DNA of 64,000 nucleotides from the NCBI RefSeq assembly GCF_018350175.1, contig NC_058368.1:136402001-136466000 (forward strand), read 5' to 3'. The stretch comes from Felis catus. Lineage: Eukaryota. Position numbers and translations under genes: made by a program. Shown here in pieces: positions 1-11,301 of the stretch. Each line of letters opens with the position of its first letter. Positions within the stretch are counted from its first letter, which is position 1. A model generated the notes under the pieces. It saw nothing but the letters and a program-made list of their open reading frames with translations, did no database searches and was not told where the DNA came from.

Positions 1-360
1 GAAGTGAGAGCAAAGGTCTACCATGCGACTACTTTGGGTTCCTAGGGAGGATAGCATAACTAAGGATCAAAAGTAATAGTAAAGGATGGAATAAAATGTA
101 AGTACATGGGCTGAAGGGGGCTCCCTGTATTTCAGATAAGAACAGAAGAGATCTGTATGTAGAAGTATCCAAAGAGAAAATTTTGAATTACACAAGTTTA
201 AAACATCCTAAAAACGTCCTCTTGGAAAAGGCAACTTAACTACAAATTGGAGAGACGCAGTGAGCATTTTTTGGCTAAAAGCACTCTGATACCCTTTGGA
301 GGAATTGTCTTCTCTCCACAAGAGTCAGCACAGCAAAATGTCAGTCAAGAACCAGTATCC

Positions 361-450
361 TATTGAAGAGGGCACCTTTTGGGATGAGCACTGGGTGTTG
401 TATGGAAACCAATTTGACAATAAATTTCATAAAAAAAAAAAAAAAAAAAA
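361..450 (+). mobile_element. Extremely 5'-truncated young felid L1 (last ~70 bp of 3'UTR plus poly-A)
   Basis: Matches the 3' end of the young L1 at ~6241-6310 (GAGGGCACC..GGGATGA..CACTGGGTGTTGTATGGAAAC..AATTTGACAATAAATTTCAT). Pure A-tail of ~20 nt. Perfect 15-bp TSD AAGAACCAGTATCCT at 347-361 and 451-465. Confidence 0.92.
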
Positions 451-876
451 AAGAACCAGTATCCTTTCCTGCCAAGAGGTGAGAATGTGACCTGAGATGA
501 ATACAGCAGTGTCTCTCTGGAACCGGAACTTCCACAGAGTAACACAAAGGCAGAAGACAATTGCTTCTGCTCATTCACGCCACTTGCAGTACCTTGAAGT
601 CCGCTGTCAGTTCCTGAAACTGAAATTTCAGGAGTGGCTCTATTCTCTGTCTTTTCACGTCTTTTGGTGAACCTCCCTTTAGATTTTGAGTTTTCTTATT
701 TACCTTCCATAAATTTCACTTTTGCTGCACTTGTCAAGGGACCGTAAGGGAAGAGGAGTTTGGGGGTGGTGGGGGGAACCTGCCAGAATGAGGAAGAATG
801 TTTTTATATCCCCTTTCACTGGGCAGGTCCCAATAATCCACAGCTTAAGAGAACGAAGAAATTATGCTTCTCTAAT

Positions 877-895
877 GCACCAGTAGGTGGTGCTC
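877..895 (+). promoter_or_regulatory. Candidate CTCF site
   Basis: CCAGTAGGTGGTGC vs core CCASYAGRKGGCRS, one mismatch; motif match only. Confidence 0.4.
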
Positions 896-1585
896 TCACA
901 AACTGAGTAGCTGATGCCCAAAAGTAAAGGGTATGAGGCCTTCTGGAACACTGTGGGTAGGACGGCTCCTTCCGATGGTGGCATTGAATGACATAAAGCC
1001 AGAGAATAGTCAAATCAAATCTCTAAGCTGTCACTTCGGGCTGATTTGCTGTGGACTTACTCTTTGGTGCCTTCCAGACTCACAATTACTGATGTAATGG
1101 TCATATTGCTGCAGGCATAGTTCATGTGGAGTTCATTCCTTGTCTTCTCACATCAGTAAACTGAGAATATATCAGATGAGACAGTTTAGCTGCTGGCATT
1201 TTAAAGACAGAGAGTGCTTCTTCAGTTTACTATGTTTATATTCTGTGTACATGCTCACACAAATATGAGGATTTCTCATATCTTGTAATGACACTAGCAA
1301 AGAAACGAAAATAGGTCGTCTTCAGCAACACTGTTAGCTGGAAGGCTTTTAAGGCTGCTGTATGTACAGGATTTGGAAGAAGAAAAGGCTGTGACCCAGA
1401 CATTTAAAATAAGTCAAGTTGTCTTTTGTGAAGGAGGGCAATAGGAAACTATTTTTAGGTAGCTAAGGGCAGGGGGATCACAGCATCCACATTTCCTTCT
1501 TGAAAAAACTGTTCCAGGCAACCAAGAGAAGGCGCAAAGTAGAGCAGTAAATAAGGGGAACCGTGGTCTGAAATGACTCAAGGTT

Positions 1586-1628
1586 CTAACCTAAGCCTAA
1601 CCCCAAACCTAACCTGAACCCTGAACCC
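1586..1628 (-). repeat. Degenerate telomere-like (CCCTAA/TTAGGG-type) short repeat
   Basis: ctaac ctaa gcctaa ccccaa acctaa cctgaa ccctgaa ccc. Confidence 0.45.
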
Positions 1629-2672
1629 AGGAATCCTGTTGGATTCGTTGTTGTCAGGGGAGTTTTGCAGTCAAAGCATAAAGCTTGGTCCAGCACTGTT
1701 TCCCTGGGCTGCTTCCTTCCTCTGCGGCTCATTTTCCTGCACCAGGAAATGTGTTTCTTGTGACACACCCTTTGCCCCTATTACAAGACGCCTTGTTTGG
1801 TGAGCACTTGTAATTTGTATTTTGTGCATGTATTTGCAAACAAAATCTAACCTATTCACAGGGCTGTGACTCAGAACTGAGAAATAAATGTTTCCCCCTG
1901 TCCACCAAGCAGGATGTTTAGTGAAACATAATGACCTTTTTTTTTTCTTTCTTGCTAAGCAAAGTCATGTTTTTCTGCATCTTTAAAATCTGGATTGGAC
2001 AATTTTATCATACAGAAGTAAAAGAATTGATTTGTAAGTATATGTGTAAAGAAATACATTGAATGCCAAAAAAAAAAAAAAAAAAAAGGAAAGAACTTGA
2101 ATCCTGTCACCAGAGAGTGCTTGGATTAACTGTGGTATGTCCATATTTCTGGAATGTTGTGTGGCTTTAACAAGGAGGAGTTATGGTTTATAGGCACTGA
2201 CCATTAGGAAAGGCCACCATGAAGTAAGTGGGAGAGAAATGTATGTAGAAAAATCAGAGGGAAAAACCTTTTATTTGTGTGAATATTTTCACGTGTGTGC
2301 ATTGAGATGAACATGGGGAAGAGTGTGGACATTGAACTATTAATATTCATTGTCTTCAAGGAGTGGTGGCGGTAGGAGGGAGGGTCATGGGTGAGAAGAA
2401 TACTATAGGGTTTTTATTTGGTACTTCTCGGAATTTTTTAATTTTTGGTGCATAATAAAAGGCAATACAAGTATATATTGCCCTTTCAGTTTGAAAGAGA
2501 CATCCAGTGGAGTAAATAATAAAGATAATTCATCCTGAGTGACTTCAGTATTTTTTAATTGAGAAAGATGAATACATGATCCAGGGATAGATAAGATATC
2601 AAATCTCTTTCTGTGTCATTGATCTATGTGATGGTGTCATTGTTGAGTCTGCTTAAAAATTACTATATGCTA

Positions 2673-2889
2673 GGGGCGCCTGGGTGGCGCAGTCGGTTAA
2701 ACGTCTGACTTCAGCCAGGTCACGATCTCGCGGTCCGTGAGTTCGAGCCCCGCGTCGGGCTCTGGGCTGATGGCTCAGAGCCTGGAGCCTGCTTCCGATT
2801 CTGTGTCTCCCTCTCTCTCTGCCCCTCCCCCGTTCATGCTCTGTCTCTCTCTGTCTCAAAAATAAATAAACGTTAAAAAAAAATTAAAA
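2673..2889 (+). mobile_element. Young feline CanSINE (SINEC_Fc type)
   Basis: GGGGCGCCTGGGTGGCGCAGTCGGTT head, tRNA-like A/B boxes, (CT)n segment, AATAAA/A-tail; 18-bp TSD AAAAATTACTATATGCTA (2655-2672, 2890-2907). Confidence 0.97.
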
Positions 2890-3156
2890 AAAAATTACTA
2901 TATGCTAAATGTTCTCAATTTAATAATTCACATACCATAAAATTTGCTCTATAAAAGCCTGCGATTCTGTGGTTTTTATTATGTTTGGAGTTGTACCTTG
3001 GAGTTTCTTTTGTGTTCCTTAGGAATTTCTGTATATGAGATCATGTTATCTCTGAATATAGTTCTACTTCTTCCTTTACAGTCTTGATGCTATTAATTTC
3101 TGTTGCCCAGATGTATTTGCCTCTAGAACAACACTGAACAGAAGTGGTCAGGGTCA

Positions 3157-3367
3157 GGGGCACCTGTGTGGCTCAGTTGGTTAAGTGTCCAACTACTTAT
3201 TTCTGTTTAGGTCATGATCTCACAGTTCATGCTATGGAGCCCTGTGTAGGGCCTTGTGCTGACAGAGCGAAGTCTGCTTGGGATTCTCTCTCTTTCTCTC
3301 TGCCCCTACTCCACTCGCATGCACACACTCTCTCTCTCAAAACAAATAAATAAACGTTAAAAAAAAA
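3157..3367 (+). mobile_element. CanSINE (older subfamily)
   Basis: SINE head/CT/A-tail; TSD AGAAGTGGTCAG(G/A)GT at 3140-3154 and 3368-3382. Confidence 0.93.
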
Positions 3368-3700
3368 AGAAGTGGTCAGAGTGGACATCTCTTTTTTCCT
3401 TAATTGTAGGGGCAAGCATTCAGTCTTTCACTACTAAGTGTGATGTTTGTGTAGCTTTTTTAAAGATGCTCTTTCTCAGGTAGAAGAGGTTCCCTTCCAT
3501 CTTTATTTCTTGAGTGTCTTTTTTTTTTATCATGAAAGAGAAATTGGCTTTCAATTTCTTGAGGTAATGTTGACTAACAAAAAGCTGTACATATTTAATG
3601 CATACAGCCTGGTATATTTGGAGATAAGTATACACACATGGAAACATCATCACAATCTATGCCGTAAATATATCCATCACCCTCATTGTCAAATGTTTTT

Positions 3701-3911
3701 GGTTTTTTTTTAACGTTTTATTTTGAGACAGAGAGAGACAGAACATGAACAGGGGAGGGTCAGAGAGAGAGGGAGGCACAGAATCTGAAACAGGCTCCAG
3801 GCTCCGAGCTTTCAGCACAGAGCCCGACGCGGGGCTCCAACTCACGGGACCGTGAGATCATGACCTCAGCGGAAGTCGGACGCTTAATGGACTGAGCCAC
3901 CCAGGCACCCC
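3701..3911 (-). mobile_element. CanSINE
   Basis: Reverse-oriented SINE; 15-bp TSD TTGTCAAATGTTTTT (3686-3700, 3912-3926). Confidence 0.95.
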
Positions 3912-4816
3912 TTGTCAAATGTTTTTCTGCAGCTATTGACATAATCATGTGGTTTTAGGATTTTACTGTGAATAGAGTGTATGGCATTGGTTGATTATCA
4001 GATATTAAACCAACCTTGCATTTTTGGAATGACTCCCACTTGGTCATGGTGCATAATCCCTTTTATATGTTGCTAGATTTTGTTTGTTAGTGTTTTGTTG
4101 GATTTTTGCACTTCTATTCATAAGAAATGTTGTCTTTAGCTTTGTTTTTGTTTGTTCGTATTTGTGCCATGACTGTGTTTTTGGTATCAGGACAAGACTG
4201 GTCTCGTACGATTAGTTGCGGAGGGTCTTTTACTCTGCAAGCTTTTGGAAGAGTTTGTGAAATACTGATGCTAATTCTTCTTTAAACATAGGATAGAATT
4301 CAACATTGAAGCCATTTGGTCTTGGGCTTTGTGGGTAGTTTCTGCTACTAATTCAATCTCTTTACTTGTTATGGGTGTACTCAGATTGTGTATATTTTTT
4401 CTTGAGTCAGTTTCAGTAGTGAGAGTGTTTCTAGGAAATTGTCCATTTCATTTCTTTTATACAATTTGTTTCATACAATCATTCATTGTATTTCTTTATA
4501 ATCGTTTCATTTTTTTTAATTGGGTAATTTATAGTTCATGTTTCATTCCTGATTTTAGAAATTTGAGTTCTCTCTTTTTTCTTGGTCAGTCAAGGTAAGT
4601 GTTTGTCAATTTGTTGATATTTTCAAAGAAGCAGCTTTTGGTTTCATTGATTTTTCTCTGTTGTCTTTCTATTCTCTTTCACTAACTTCTGCTCTAATAT
4701 TATTTCCTCTTTCTTCTTGCTTTAGGTTTAGTTTGCTCTTCTTTTTTCAGTTCCTTACAATTGAAGATTAGGTTATTTATCTGAAATTAAATTTTTTTAA
4801 AAAATATAGGTATTTA

Positions 4817-6333
4817 ACAAAAGGCCCTGAATAGCCAAAGTAATTTTGAAGAAGAAGACCAAAGCAGGAGGCATCACAATCCCAGACTTTAGCCTCTACT
4901 ACAAAGCTGTAATCATCAAGACAGCATGATATTGGCACAAAAACAGACACATAGACCAATGGAATAGAATAGAAACCCCAGAACTAGACCCACAAATGTA
5001 TGGCCAACTCATCTTTGACAAAGCAGGAAAGAACATCCAATGGAAAAAAGACAGTCTCTTTAACAAATGGTGCTGGGAGAACTGGACAGCAACATGCAGA
5101 AGGTTGAAACTAGACCACTTTCTCACACCATTCACAAAAATAAACTCAAAATGGATAAAGGACCTGAATGTGAGACGGGAAACCATCAAAACCTTAGAGG
5201 AGAAAGCAGGAAAAGACCTCTCTGACCTCAGCCGTAGCAATCTCTTACTCGACACATCCCCAAAGGCAAGGGAATTAAAAGCAAAAGTGAATTACTGGGA
5301 CCTTATGAAGATAAAAAGCTTCTGCACAGCAAAGGAAACAACCAACAAAACTAAAAGGCAACCAACGGAATGGGAAAAGATATTTGCAAATGACATATCG
5401 GACAAAGGGCTAGTATCCAAAATCTATAAAGAGCTCACCAAACTCCACACCCGAAAAGCAAATAACCCAGTGAAGAAATGGGCAGAAAACATGAATAGAC
5501 ACTTCTCTAAAGAAGACATCCGGATGGCCAACAGGCACATGAAAAGATGTTCAGCGTCGCTCCTTATCAGGGAAATACAAATCAAAACCACACTCAGGTA
5601 TCACCTCACGCCAGTCAGAGTGGCCAAAATGAACAAATCAGGAGACTATAGATGCTGGAGAGGATGTGGAGAAAAAGAAACCCTCTTGCACTGTTGGTGG
5701 GAATGCAAACTGGTGCAGCCACTCTGGAAAACAGTGTGGAGGTTCCTCAAAAAATTAAAAATAGACCTACCCTATGACCCAGCAGTAGCACTGCTAGGAA
5801 TTTATCCAAGGGATACAGGAGTACTGATGCATAGGGCCACTTGTACCCCAATGTTCATAGCAGCACTCTCAACAATAGCCAAATTATGGAAAGAGCCTAA
5901 ATGTCCATCCACTGATGAATGGATAAAGAAATTGTGGTTTATATACACAATGGAATTCTACGTGGCAATGAGAAAAAATGAAATATGGCCTTTTGTAGCA
6001 ACGTGGATGGAACTGGAGAGTGTGATGCTAAGTGAAATAAGCCATACAGAGAAAGACAGATACCATATGGTTTCACTCTTATGTGGATCCTGAGAAACTT
6101 AACAGGAATCCATGGGGGAGGGGAAGGGAAAAAAAAAAGAGGTTAGAGTGGGAGAGAGCCAAAGCATAAGAGACTGTTAAAAACTGAGAACAAACTGAGG
6201 GTTGATGGGGGGTGGGAGGGAGGAGAGGGTGGGTGATGGGTATGGAGGAGGGCACCTGTTGGGATGATCACTGGGTGTTGTATGGAAACTAATTTGACAA
6301 TAAATTTCATATATAAAAAAAAATAAAAAAAAT
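4817..6333 (+). mobile_element. 5'-truncated young felid L1 (ORF2 3' part plus 3'UTR), inserted antisense into the old L1M
   Basis: ORF2 C-terminus with Cys/His knuckle [19 protein letters not shown]-rich 3'UTR, AATAAA, A-rich tail; 13-bp TSD ATATAGGTATTTA (4804-4816, 6334-6346). Confidence 0.97.
4996..6093 (+). pseudogene. L1 ORF2p C-terminal fragment (365 aa open; non-functional)
   Basis: Canonical L1 ORF2 C-terminal sequence; endonuclease and RT core absent; in-frame TGA stops upstream at 4828-4830 and 4927-4929. Confidence 0.93.
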
Positions 6334-9114
6334 ATATAGGTATTTACTGCTATAAATTTCCCTCTGAGCACTGCTTTATCTCCATCCCACAAATTTTTGT
6401 ATGCTGTCTTTTTATTTTCACTCATCTTAAGTTATTTTCTAATTTCCTTTGTGGTGATTTCTTTTTTGACCCATTGGTTATTTAAGAGTGTGTTATTTAA
6501 TTTCTGCACTTACGAATTCTTCAAATTTCCTTGTGCCATCAATTTCTATTTCATTCCACTATAGTTGGAGAACGTAATCTATTTTCAATCTTGTTGATTT
6601 ATTGAGGCTCATTTTACAGCTTAATGTATGGTGTCTTCTGGAGAATGTTCCATGTGTACTTGAGAAGATTGTGTGTTTGCTACTTTTGGGCAATGTGTTC
6701 TTAAAGTGATCTGATAGGTCTAGTTGCTTTATGATGTCATACATTATAAAGTTGGCTTGTACAATCTTGGATATATTACATAACGGAAATTATGAAGAAA
6801 TTCTCAACAAAATATTCTGAAGGGGATGTGACTGGGGCTTTGCCGGCCTCACTATGTCTGCCATTTTTAATTTTCAGAGTCGGTTGACTGTAATCTTGCT
6901 GCTTATATATTCCTGTGCTTATATCCCATCCTTGGCACACAGCTTCCTGGACAGAAATAAAACTGGATTGTTGGGTATATTTTGGAAATGCTCCAGAATT
7001 GGTGAACAGAAGACTCTTTATGTTGCAGTATGCTGTATAGTGATGGCCTTCAGCTTCCTCTTCATACAGTAGCCTGGGAAAATATCATAATTTAATTGCC
7101 ATCAGATTTCAGTATGAAAAAAGGATTAATCTGCAGAAAATAATGGAATGAATGGTTAGCTCTTTTATCTTAGAACATTGAATGAGATACATTTTCAGCT
7201 GCTGTTCTCTATTTTTGTTGTTGGATCAATGTTCTGAATAAATAAGATGTAAGCATTTAACACTCAGAGTTTAACATGTCTGTAGCAATCAGCCTCATTA
7301 TTGTCACTACAACATTACATTTTGCAAATGTTATTCTGTTGTGTCAGATACCAGTTTGTAGTGAGGTTATATTTATATCTTATGTTTCTAAGGCGTATAA
7401 TAGAAAACAAAATTGATAAAGTACTCAAGTTCCTTTCATTGTGATTTGGAAATGAGAAATCTTTACAGAATGAGAAAAAAATATTCTGAGGGAATCCATG
7501 AATTTTGATAATTATCTCTACCTGGTGGGACTGTGAATGGCTTTCCCCCTTATTCTCTTTTCCTATATTTTCCATGTTTGTTGTGACGAGCATGTATTAT
7601 GTAATACTGATAAAATAAACTTAAATTAAAAAATCAGACAAAATGGAAGCATACAGTTGGAGAGACTTATTGAAGGAGGTAATGAAATTCTGGTAAGATT
7701 TATCCAGATATATTTTTCACCAAAAAACATTGTGCGAACAGCAGGTCCTCAGTAGCTGTATGTTGAATCGAATATGATAGCTTTCCATCTGTCCAAACAT
7801 TAAATGTAAATATAAGGAATTGACTGGTCACTTTGGCTTTCATGTTAAACTTGTAGACTTAGTGCAGCTCATATGTGCAAGGTGTGAGAAAAGAAACCTC
7901 TAAGGATTGGACTCTTGAATCTTTCCTTTTTTGAGGATGAACCTCCTGTTATCTGCCAACAGCCTTGCTGTTGTCAGTAAGATTGCCTGTTTTTGGATTT
8001 GGCAACTCCATAGCCAGTATTTTTTTATTTTATGCCAGAGGAATCTCAATTAAAGTTTTGCAGGCTATGTTTTGCTAATTGTTCAACATATTAGCAAATT
8101 TTAAGTTCCTACTCTATGAAATAATTATGTGTACTTGTTTCTGATTAGAGAACCAACAAAGATATTTATTGGTTTATGTCCACGTTTGATCTGAAAAGTT
8201 TTGCAATGGTTTGAGGACGATGGAGTTATTTTCTACAACCTTCAAGGACTTTTGCTTTAGTGTACATTTTGGAAAGCTTAAAATACAGCATTGCCGTGAC
8301 TTCTAACTGCTCCATTCTCGCTTGCAAGCAGAGAGCCTTTGCAGAATCAGCATTTCTTGTAATAGGATCATGTTGTAAAATGTGGTGCCATCTGCAAATA
8401 GATTAATAATATGTGAGGCAGTGCCAGTTTTTATGCCTTATAATTTGGGATGATTCTCATCACAACTGTGAGTGGTTCTATTGTGAAAGCACAAGGAATA
8501 AGTAGATTGCGGTCTTGATTCTCACTAGATTGCAGTCTAGACTACATTTATTTTGGGGCAAGGCTTAGGTTCTTACACAGAGAAATAATAACCTAAAACA
8601 CATTTCTCTTAAACCCTATTTTCTTTCTATTTCTGAAGAAATACTCCCTCTAGGGGGTTTCTAAATGCATGAACACATATTTTTTTTTTTTTTTTTTGCA
8701 ATTTATGGTAGTGAATTAAATAAAAATTTCCTCCATCAGTGTGTGCCAAGTTCCCATTCCTAATAAATCTGCTATGTTTAGGAGTGACAGGAGTACAAGT
8801 ATTAGAGGAAAACACTTGCCCTTCTGTTTTATTCTTCATTTGGCCTCTGAAAATTTATCATTGGAATATTTAAGTTGTTAACTTAGGAGCTTCAGGATAC
8901 CAGCAGGCTACTCTGGACCAAAAAAGCTGATGATTATGTCTCCCTTAAGTTTTGAGAGGAATGTTTTAATATAAGGGTTGGAGGAGGCATGACGGTGCCT
9001 TGGGTACAAACTGATCCACCTTCAAACCAAGTATTCTTGAAGTGTTTGACCTGAATTTATTTAGGGGAAAAGCTGAGCACTCTGTGGACTAAGGAGGACA
9101 CTTCAGACCCCTGT

Positions 9115-9346
9115 TTTTTTTCTTTTTCTTTTTTTTTTTCAACGTTTTTTTATTTATTTTTGGGACAGAGAGAGACAGAGCATGAACGGGGGAGGGGCAG
9201 AGAGAGAGGGAGACACAGAATCGGAAACAGGCTCCAGGCTCCGAGCCATCAGCCCAGAGCCTGACGCGGGGCTCGAACTCCCGGACCGCGAGATCGTGAC
9301 CTGGCTGAAGTCGGACGCTCAACCGACTGCGCCACCCAGGCGCCCC
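9115..9346 (-). mobile_element. Young feline CanSINE
   Basis: Near-identical to the 2673 copy; TSD CAGACCCCTGT (9104-9114, 9347-9357). Confidence 0.97.
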
Positions 9347-9358
9347 CAGACCCCTGTA

Positions 9359-9400
9359 TTTAGTTTAGTTTAGTTTAGTTTAGTTTAGTTTAGTTTAGTT
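9359..9400 (+). repeat. (TTTAG)n pentanucleotide microsatellite, about 8 units
   Basis: Directly visible perfect repeat adjacent to the SINE TSD. Confidence 0.95.
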
Positions 9401-9611
9401 TTTTTAGCTCTGATCCCAGACTTCCATACCATACTCAGTGTAACAAAGATCTTGCAATGAATTTGAGCACTATTTTTTGCTTTTTAATGGAATAAGGAAA
9501 AGATAATGAAAAACACTTGTGGAACCATCATATGAAACAAAAAAAAAATTGAATATTTGGTCATATTTGCTTCATATCTTCTCTCTCTTTTTATTTCTTT
9601 GTTTTAAAAAG

Positions 9612-9819
9612 TTCATTTATTTATTTTGAGAGACAGAGAGAGAGAGAGAGAGAGAAGGCGAGGCAGAGAGAGAGAGAGAGGGAGAGAGAGAAACCCAAGG
9701 AGACTCTGTGCCATCAGTGCAGAGCCTGACGCGGGGCTCGATCCCACGAACCATGAGATCATGACCTGAGCCAAAATAAAGAGTCAGAAGCTTAACTGAC
9801 TGTACCACTCAGGGTCTCC
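9612..9819 (-). mobile_element. CanSINE (older subfamily)
   Basis: TTTATTTATTTT-(GA)n-...CATGACCTGAGCC..CTTAACTGACTG. Confidence 0.92.
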
Positions 9820-10063
9820 ATCTCTGTATCTTTTAAATAGGATAAAATATTACACATAAAGGTGAAGGCCCATCTCCCCTCACTCTCCCCAGAGGAAATG
9901 CTATCATGAATTTGGCTGTGAATCGAGCCCATATGTATATACTTCTATGAATCTGTAAACAATATGGAATGATGCTGTGCATTTTTGACATTTATATGAA
10001 TGGTAGTATCCTTCATGCAATGTTCCAAAACAGGTTTTTTTCCCCACTAAATGTTGTATTTTT

Positions 10064-10270
10064 TTTTCAACTTTTATTTATTTTTGGGATAGAGAGAGAC
10101 AGAGCATGAACGGGGGAGGGGCAGAGAGAGAGGGAGACACAGAATCGGAAACAGGCTCCAGGCTCTGAGCCATCAGCCCAGAGCCTGACACGGGGCTCGA
10201 ACCCACGGACCGCGAGATCGTGACCTGGCTGAAGTCGGACGCTTAACCGACTGCGCCACCCAGGCGCCCC
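10064..10270 (-). mobile_element. Young feline CanSINE
   Basis: 16-bp TSD TAAATGTTGTATTTTT (10048-10063, 10271-10286). Confidence 0.97.
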
Positions 10271-10507
10271 TAAATGTTGTATTTTTAAGCACTATCCTGA
10301 TTGGTTTCCCGGAAACTTGCCCAACTAATCCACCCTTGAATTTGCCTCTGTTAATTTGTGAAGTCCATCATTAGGATACTCTTATAATATCCAGTTTGAA
10401 AACTTATTTATATGTTAAACAAAGATTTCTCTAACTTATAAGGATTCTTAAAATATTTAAGTTGGAGGATTCTACCTAAAATCAACGTTTAGCTTAATAA
10501 AACACAT

Positions 10508-10705
10508 GGGCGCCTGGGTGGCTCAGGCAGTTGGGCCTCTGACTTTGGCTCAGGTCATGATTTCATGGTTCATGGGTTCGAGACCCATGTCAGGTTCTGC
10601 GCTGGCAGTGCAGAGCCTTCTTGGGATTCTCTCTCTCTCCCTCTCACTCTCTGCCCCTCTCCCACTTGTGTTCTCTCTCTCTCAAAATAAATAAACTTAA
10701 AAAAA
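10508..10705 (+). mobile_element. CanSINE (older subfamily)
   Basis: GGGCGCCTGGGTGGCTCAG head, CT tract, A-tail. Confidence 0.93.
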
Positions 10706-10841
10706 TAAAGAACAAAAACTGTCATCACAGATGTGTTTTTGCACCGTAAAGCAAAAACACTAATGTCTTTGGATTTGGGATATTCATTTTGATTAAGAAT
10801 AAAAACCATTTATCAGACCCCAATTTAAAAGAAAGTAGCTT

Positions 10842-11013
10842 GGTCGGTTAAGCATTTGACTTTGGCTCAGGTCATGATTTTGCAGTTCGTCAGTTTGAGC
10901 CTCCCATCGGGCTTTGTGCTGACAGCTCAGAGCCTGGAGGCTACTTCAGATTCTGTGTGTCCCTCTCTCTGCCCTCCCCCCCCTCTCAAAAATAAATAAA
11001 CATTAAAAAATAA
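10842..11013 (+). mobile_element. CanSINE, 5'-truncated by ~17 bp
   Basis: Begins at GGTCGGTTAAGC; TSD AAAAGAAAGTA(G/A)CT (10827-10840, 11014-11027). Confidence 0.9.
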
Positions 11014-11266
11014 AAAAGAAAGTAACTATACTGTAAATACAACATAAACTAGATATTTAAGGAATGGGTAAAATGACAAAACGAAATGTTTCTATATGTA
11101 TTTTATCTTCAGTACATTTTGTACTACGCAATGAAGCTAGAATTACATAAATCATCCCGTGTTTGTTATTTATTGTAATTTCTGCGAATGTGAGAATTGA
11201 AAATAGGAATTACTTAGAAAGTACATAAATTTTCTGTTTAGTTGCAAGTAGCTGAAGCTTCCTGCG

Positions 11267-11301
11267 GTTGCCATTTCGGCAGTCTCCACTGGGTGGCAGC
11301 A
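11267..11301 (+). promoter_or_regulatory. Candidate CTCF site with upstream (ZF9-11) module
   Basis: GTTGCCATTTC-N5-TCTCCACTGGGTGGCAGCA: core plus upstream motif at the canonical spacing. Confidence 0.55.

Larger units (their letters stand above)
3000..6740 (-). mobile_element. Old L1M ORF2 fragment, interrupted by two SINEs, a short L1 3' fragment (~3550-3685) and a young L1
   Basis: T-rich antisense L1 ORF2 sequence; decayed FADD region reads IFRDNMISYT on minus at ~3030-3060; sequence resumes colinearly after each insertion. Confidence 0.8.

Noticed and set aside
4996..6093. 365-aa ORF as a functional or domesticated gene
   Set aside because: C-terminal part of a 5'-truncated L1 with upstream stops; the open frame is explained by young age
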